61,011 nt of DNA, taken from the IMG/VR virus record IMGVR_UViG_3300007538_000027, positions 1 to 61,011 of that record; one strand, 5' to 3'. The notes below the pieces were generated by a model, which saw only the letters and a program-made list of their open reading frames with translations, was not told where the DNA came from and ran no database searches. The DNA is from a virus (taxonomy: Duplodnaviria; Caudoviricetes). Within the stretch, counting starts at the first letter, position 1. The number at the start of each line of letters is the position of its first letter. Position numbers and translations under genes: made by a program. Positions 57,479-61,011 of the stretch are shown in pieces.

Positions 57479-57597
57479 ACGTATAGAAAGCATACTGTGC
57501 ATAATTCTTGCAATTATATTAATATTTGGTTTGACATCTATGGCTGCATTAGGTACACTTGATAACTTAATATTGTGGTTGAAGGAGATATGAAGGT

Positions 57598-57825
57598 ATG
57601 AAAGTTATTCCTAAAGTAGATCGTATGATTGAAACTTTGTGTGCATATAATGATGTCAACACTTCATCTTCTACGGTAAGAGTATTGTGCCCAACATGTG
57701 ATGGGTTGAAAGTAGTAACACAACGTGAAGGTGACCCTTACCATGTGCATATTGATAAGGATTGTCCTAATTGTAAAGGTACAGGTATTGTTGAATTTGA
57801 AGTTAAAATGTGGAGGGTTGTGTAA
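57598..57825 (+). CDS. DnaJ-type zinc-finger protein
   Basis: CPTCDG...CPNCKGTG. Confidence 0.65.
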   Translation: MKVIPKVDRMIETLCAYNDVNTSSSTVRVLCPTCDGLKVVTQREGDPYHVHIDKDCPNCKGTGIVEFEVKMWRVV

Positions 57826-58289
57826 TGTACATTAAGAAAGGTAAGCCTTATTTCAATACCAAAGATACTTGGAGTATGAGTGGTACGTTATCACCTATTA
57901 TTTCCGCAGGTTTAACTAAGTTTCGCGAAGAGTGGCTTAAAAGTGGTAATGGTATGGCTGGCACAGTAATTAGTAATTGTTTAGACATTGGTGTAGTCAC
58001 TTCACTAGGTGAGAATGTATGGGAGTTTACTGACGCAGATTGGCTTAAATTAGACCAAGTATTTCTGTATTACTTAGATGAGATGATCTTCGCATTCGGA
58101 AGTGATGAGCCAGACTGTACTTTGTACGATATTAGATTCCTACCAAGAGACTTAGAGTTTAGCGATGAAGTACGACAGTTAAATAAAGTTGAGTCTGATA
58201 GGTACCGTAAAGACTTACAGGAATACCATGATCGTTGTGATAGAGGTCGTATGTTCTTTGCAGAGTATTTTAATGCGTTGTTTAATTGA
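57810..58289 (+). CDS. conserved-type phage protein
   Basis: DTWSM..TL.PII...L..F and LDEMIFAF motifs. Confidence 0.65.
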   Translation: MEGCVMYIKKGKPYFNTKDTWSMSGTLSPIISAGLTKFREEWLKSGNGMAGTVISNCLDIGVVTSLGENVWEFTDADWLKLDQVFLYYLDEMIFAFGSDEPDCTLYDIRFLPRDLEFSDEVRQLNKVESDRYRKDLQEYHDRCDRGRMFFAEYFNALFN

Positions 58290-58615
58290 GGAGGTTTATT
58301 GTGGATAGTAAAAGGGTTACAAAAGAAGAAGTGGTAAATAAGTTTATCAATACATTAAAGTATGCAGGTGTAAACCAAACTAATTACAGAGAAGATTTGT
58401 GTGCTGCAATAAAATTACAATTGGATAAGACTGACCTTACTTACAAAGTAGAACTAACACAGGTACCAACTAATGGTTGGTATGAAGAATATACTCAAAT
58501 GCAATTTATCTTAGTGGAAGATTGTAATCATGAGTGGGAATACTCAGCCTCCTATATTTGTCATACGGATAGAGTTAATATTTATACTTGTAAACTATGT
58601 GGAAAGGTGAAATAA
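58286..58615 (+). CDS. hypothetical protein with C-terminal CxH/CxxC
   Basis: CNHEW...CKLCG. Confidence 0.6.
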   Translation: MRRFIVDSKRVTKEEVVNKFINTLKYAGVNQTNYREDLCAAIKLQLDKTDLTYKVELTQVPTNGWYEEYTQMQFILVEDCNHEWEYSASYICHTDRVNIYTCKLCGKVK

Positions 58616-58818
58616 TTATGAAGATTGAATTAGAGAATGGAAAGTACACTTACATGTTTGATGAGAATACTGGTGTGCAGGAAGTATTACGTTATGGAGA
58701 ACCTTGGCGTGGTAAGGAACTAACTGGTGATAATTTTATCTTAGCTATGGCACATGAAATCCAACGTCTACGTAAGCAGCAAAGCTACAAGGAAGATTTC
58801 GAATCAGAGTGTGGTTAG
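58597..58818 (+). CDS. hypothetical protein
   Basis: GKYT...LRYGEPWR motif. Confidence 0.6.
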   Translation: MWKGEIIMKIELENGKYTYMFDENTGVQEVLRYGEPWRGKELTGDNFILAMAHEIQRLRKQQSYKEDFESECG

Positions 58819-58973
58819 TAAATATTACTGGTTGAATAGTGTATAAATTGCTGGTATAATTAGTATTCAATACAAGAGGTGTATAAAATGAATAACGAAG
58901 AACTGTGGGATATAAGCACTGGTACTAACTTTAGTGACCTTGACATTAGTACTGAAACTATATAAGGGGTTAT

Positions 58974-59162
58974 ATGAGTAATATAAAAACTGGACCACTT
59001 AGGTACCATGTAGATGTGAACACTGATAAAGCAATGCAGTATATTGATGACTTGGTTACACAAGGTATAGATGTAGATTACAAAACTGCGGAGGATTATG
59101 CTATGAGTTTAATTGAATATAAATACAACATTGAAATATGTGGTGATTACACAGGACCATAA
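58974..59162 (+). CDS. hypothetical protein
   Basis: AAGGGG SD. Confidence 0.55.
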   Translation: MSNIKTGPLRYHVDVNTDKAMQYIDDLVTQGIDVDYKTAEDYAMSLIEYKYNIEICGDYTGP

Positions 59163-59164
59163 AT

Positions 59165-59353
59165 ATGAAACATCCTCAATACATAGCATGTAAACGTGAT
59201 GGTACGTTTGAGTTTAGAAATGGTGAACCTGTACTTAAACAAGAAGGTGATGTGGCAATATTTAATTGCGCAGACTCCTTGGATTTAAAGTTAATCAGTT
59301 TAGCTGAAGATTATTTCAATTATAGTATTGACAATAATAAGAAAGAAGGTTAA
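59165..59353 (+). CDS. hypothetical protein
   Basis: operon context. Confidence 0.5.
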   Translation: MKHPQYIACKRDGTFEFRNGEPVLKQEGDVAIFNCADSLDLKLISLAEDYFNYSIDNNKKEG

Positions 59354-59372
59354 TATACATTATAGAAACAAA

Positions 59373-59446
59373 GTTCCGTTAGCTCAGATGGATAGAGCAA
59401 CAGCCTTCTAAGCTGTGGGTCGAAAGTTCAAATCTTTCACGGGATA
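59373..59446 (+). tRNA. tRNA-Arg(UCU), no encoded CCA
   Basis: acceptor GTTCCGT/ACGGGAT, anticodon arm ACAGC-CTTCTAA-GCTGT, T arm GAAAG-TTCAAAT-CTTTC. Confidence 0.92.
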
Positions 59447-59447
59447 C

Positions 59448-59523
59448 GCAGTATTAACTCAGTTGGTAGAGTGTCTGATTTCCAATCAGAATGTCGAGAG
59501 TTCGAACCTCTCATACTGCTCCA
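59448..59523 (+). tRNA. tRNA-Gly(UCC)
   Basis: acceptor GCAGTAT/ATACTGC, U73, CCA; anticodon arm TCTGA-TTTCCAA-TCAGA; T loop TTCGAAC. Confidence 0.93.
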
Positions 59524-59527
59524 ATTT

Positions 59528-59604
59528 TAAAACACCGTCAGTACTAGACAACACCATTGAGATATAGTACAGTTTTACTCAGTGTAGTGTGAGAAGGTGT
59601 TTTA
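59528..59604 (+). ncRNA. small structured RNA (closing stem plus loop-loop/pseudoknot pairing)
   Basis: TAAAACACC/GGTGTTTTA, GTACTA/TAGTAC, CATTGAG/CTCAGTG. Confidence 0.45.
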
Positions 59605-59609
59605 TAAAT

Positions 59610-60166
59610 AGTGAGGATACCCCACCCCCTATCTGTGATACCATAAGAAATTGCGACTATGGTTAGAAGTTTAAATGGCAAACAATGTAAGGTACGTTCC
59701 CTCTCACGATCACAGTGATGACAAATACCTTCTATACAACACTTCTGATGTGTATAAACTCAAGACGTATAGTAGATAGAAAGCGCCATACAACGTGAAG
59801 TTGGTCCCTCGTAGAGGTGGTTAGCGAAAACACTAGGACATAACCCTGCCTAGTATAAAACGGTTTTGGGTATGACGCTGTAGTTGAAATTGTCACCATT
59901 CTGAGAAGTTCTGCCATGCAGGTAATTTGGACTAGTCCTACAGATAATTTCTGTGGCTGAGATCGTACACTAGATGTGTGGTCGATAAACTCTATCTTAT
60001 TTAGTTCACCAATCTTAAGGGTGTTTAAGAATAAGACACGTAAGCGATCATGTGAACAAAGAACGCAACACCGATTTTCTCCCATTATTAGAGGTTGGTC
60101 GGTATATAAGTGGCAACCTTAGTAATGACTCAAAACTTTATAAATAACCTTGGAAACGTCCTCACT
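59610..60166 (+). ncRNA. large (~557 nt) structured non-coding RNA, ROOL/GOLLD-like candidate
   Basis: closing stem AGTGAGGAT/GTCCTCACT, many internal helices and a pseudoknot; no credible ORF; in tRNA operon. Confidence 0.55.
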
Positions 60167-60298
60167 TGCGAGTTAGGTTCCTCTACTAAGCTCTATTATA
60201 AAGTCAGAAGTAAGACACTGAGAATGTCTAGGTAGACGTGCCGAACAATTGAGTTCCACTGAAGACAGGTTAGCTTCAGGTATTGTACTCATAATATT

Positions 60299-60322
60299 AG
60301 CCCACCATAGGTGGGCTTTTTC
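60299..60322 (+). terminator. intrinsic terminator ending tRNA/ncRNA unit
   Basis: AGCCCACC/GGTGGGCT stem plus T tract. Confidence 0.85.
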
Positions 60323-60425
60323 ATACCTGTAATTTATACTCACCTCTCATAAGTTTGACCAACATATTCATACGTGGTAACATACTATTATAAATTAAAC
60401 AACAGTGTTTATAACACAATAACAG

Positions 60426-60644
60426 TTGGAAATGAAATCCAATAAGGAAATAAACGTGATCTGTCCATGTGGCGAGATAATTAAAAACCCCTCATACGTC
60501 TCAAACTCTAAGTACGATTACATGTGTAATTCATGTAAGGGTTATGAAGATGAGTATGAACTACCAATTACTGGTGAACAACTATTTAATGTTGCACTAG
60601 ATGAATATAATAAACAAGAATTATTAGGTGATGAAAATGGCTAG
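60426..60644 (+). CDS. small zinc-binding protein
   Basis: CPCG...CNSC. Confidence 0.55.
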   Translation: MEMKSNKEINVICPCGEIIKNPSYVSNSKYDYMCNSCKGYEDEYELPITGEQLFNVALDEYNKQELLGDENG

Positions 60645-60975
60645 ACCTACAACAGAAAATGTGGCTGAGCGTAACTGGCGGGAAATTCCTGCTAAAATGA
60701 AGGCTAAGGTACCTACTCTAGTAGAACAAGCTATGAAGCGTATAGAGGCTATTCTTAATGACGATAAGGCTGCTGATAGTACTGTTCTTCGTGCTGCTGA
60801 TACTACTCTGAAATTATATAAAGAAATGAAGGAATCAGAGGCTGCTACCTTGGCTGCGGATGAGAAAGAAGATGCAGAAGCAGAAGGGTTAGCAGCAGCA
60901 TTAGCTTTACCAAAGTCGAATGCACCATCAATCAGCTTAGTAGCATTCACACCTCCAGAACAGAAACAAGGTTAA
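60628..60975 (+). CDS. helical protein, possible terminase small subunit
   Basis: MARP N-terminus, helical core, position after tRNA cluster; inference only. Confidence 0.35.
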   Translation: MMKMARPTTENVAERNWREIPAKMKAKVPTLVEQAMKRIEAILNDDKAADSTVLRAADTTLKLYKEMKESEAATLAADEKEDAEAEGLAAALALPKSNAPSISLVAFTPPEQKQG

Positions 60976-61011
60976 CATTTGCTTACCCTATTAACCATCT
61001 GATATAATTAC

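Noticed and set aside
59524-59604. Theta (HDV-like) ribozyme at the tRNA 3' end
   Set aside because: tRNA-Gly already encodes CCA, the element starts several nt later, and the nested double pseudoknot of HDV-like ribozymes was not found.
59732-60085. 117-aa minus-strand ORF
   Set aside because: Antisense to the tRNA unit, no recognisable motif or SD; better explained as a by-product of a structured RNA.
60259-60292. Hammerhead ribozyme suggested by CTGAAGA
   Set aside because: No correctly placed GAAA and cleavage triplet.
1-61011. CRISPR array or reverse-transcriptase system
   Set aside because: No regularly spaced repeat-spacer array, cas gene or RT motif seen.

Overview
This AT-rich, gene-dense window looks like part of a large lytic tailed phage (rV5/Felix O1/T5-like gene content, no structural genes here). 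The host is probably a gammaproteobacterium, judging from RdgC and CTGT-N8-ACAG LexA boxes. Layout: (i) 1-2.5 kb, end of a rightward operon with two membrane proteins. (ii) About 2.6-12 kb, an early/host-takeover-like module of small genes (denV first) behind about 12 UP-element sigma70 promoters, possibly a long terminal repeat. (iii) 10.7-13.9 kb, a mostly non-coding stretch packed with clustered binding sites for several different host DNA-binding proteins (8 Fur boxes plus one at 2768, 4 DnaA boxes next to an oriC-like 13-mer, 4 perfect LexA boxes, 2 sigma54 sites, an NtrC-like site and unassigned palindromes); this is the most striking unexplained feature. (iv) 13.9-49.6 kb, a leftward replication/nucleotide-metabolism arm: serine recombinase, RlmN-like radical SAM enzyme, SLOG protein, DNA ligase, ClpP-like protease, PhoH, GH108 endolysin, NrdB-glutaredoxin fusion, NrdA split by a 247-nt group I intron in the catalytic Cys codon, adenine MTase, DHFR, ThyA, phosphoesterase, nucleases, RdgC, MazG-like, Lar, SprT. 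CsrA-type GGA hairpins lie before several of these genes. (v) 50-61 kb, a rightward arm with a Pif1-like helicase, HNH and T5orf172 nucleases, tRNA-Arg(UCU), tRNA-Gly(UCC) and a ~770-nt ORF-poor, highly structured RNA region. All family calls are motif recognition by eye; no database searches were run.
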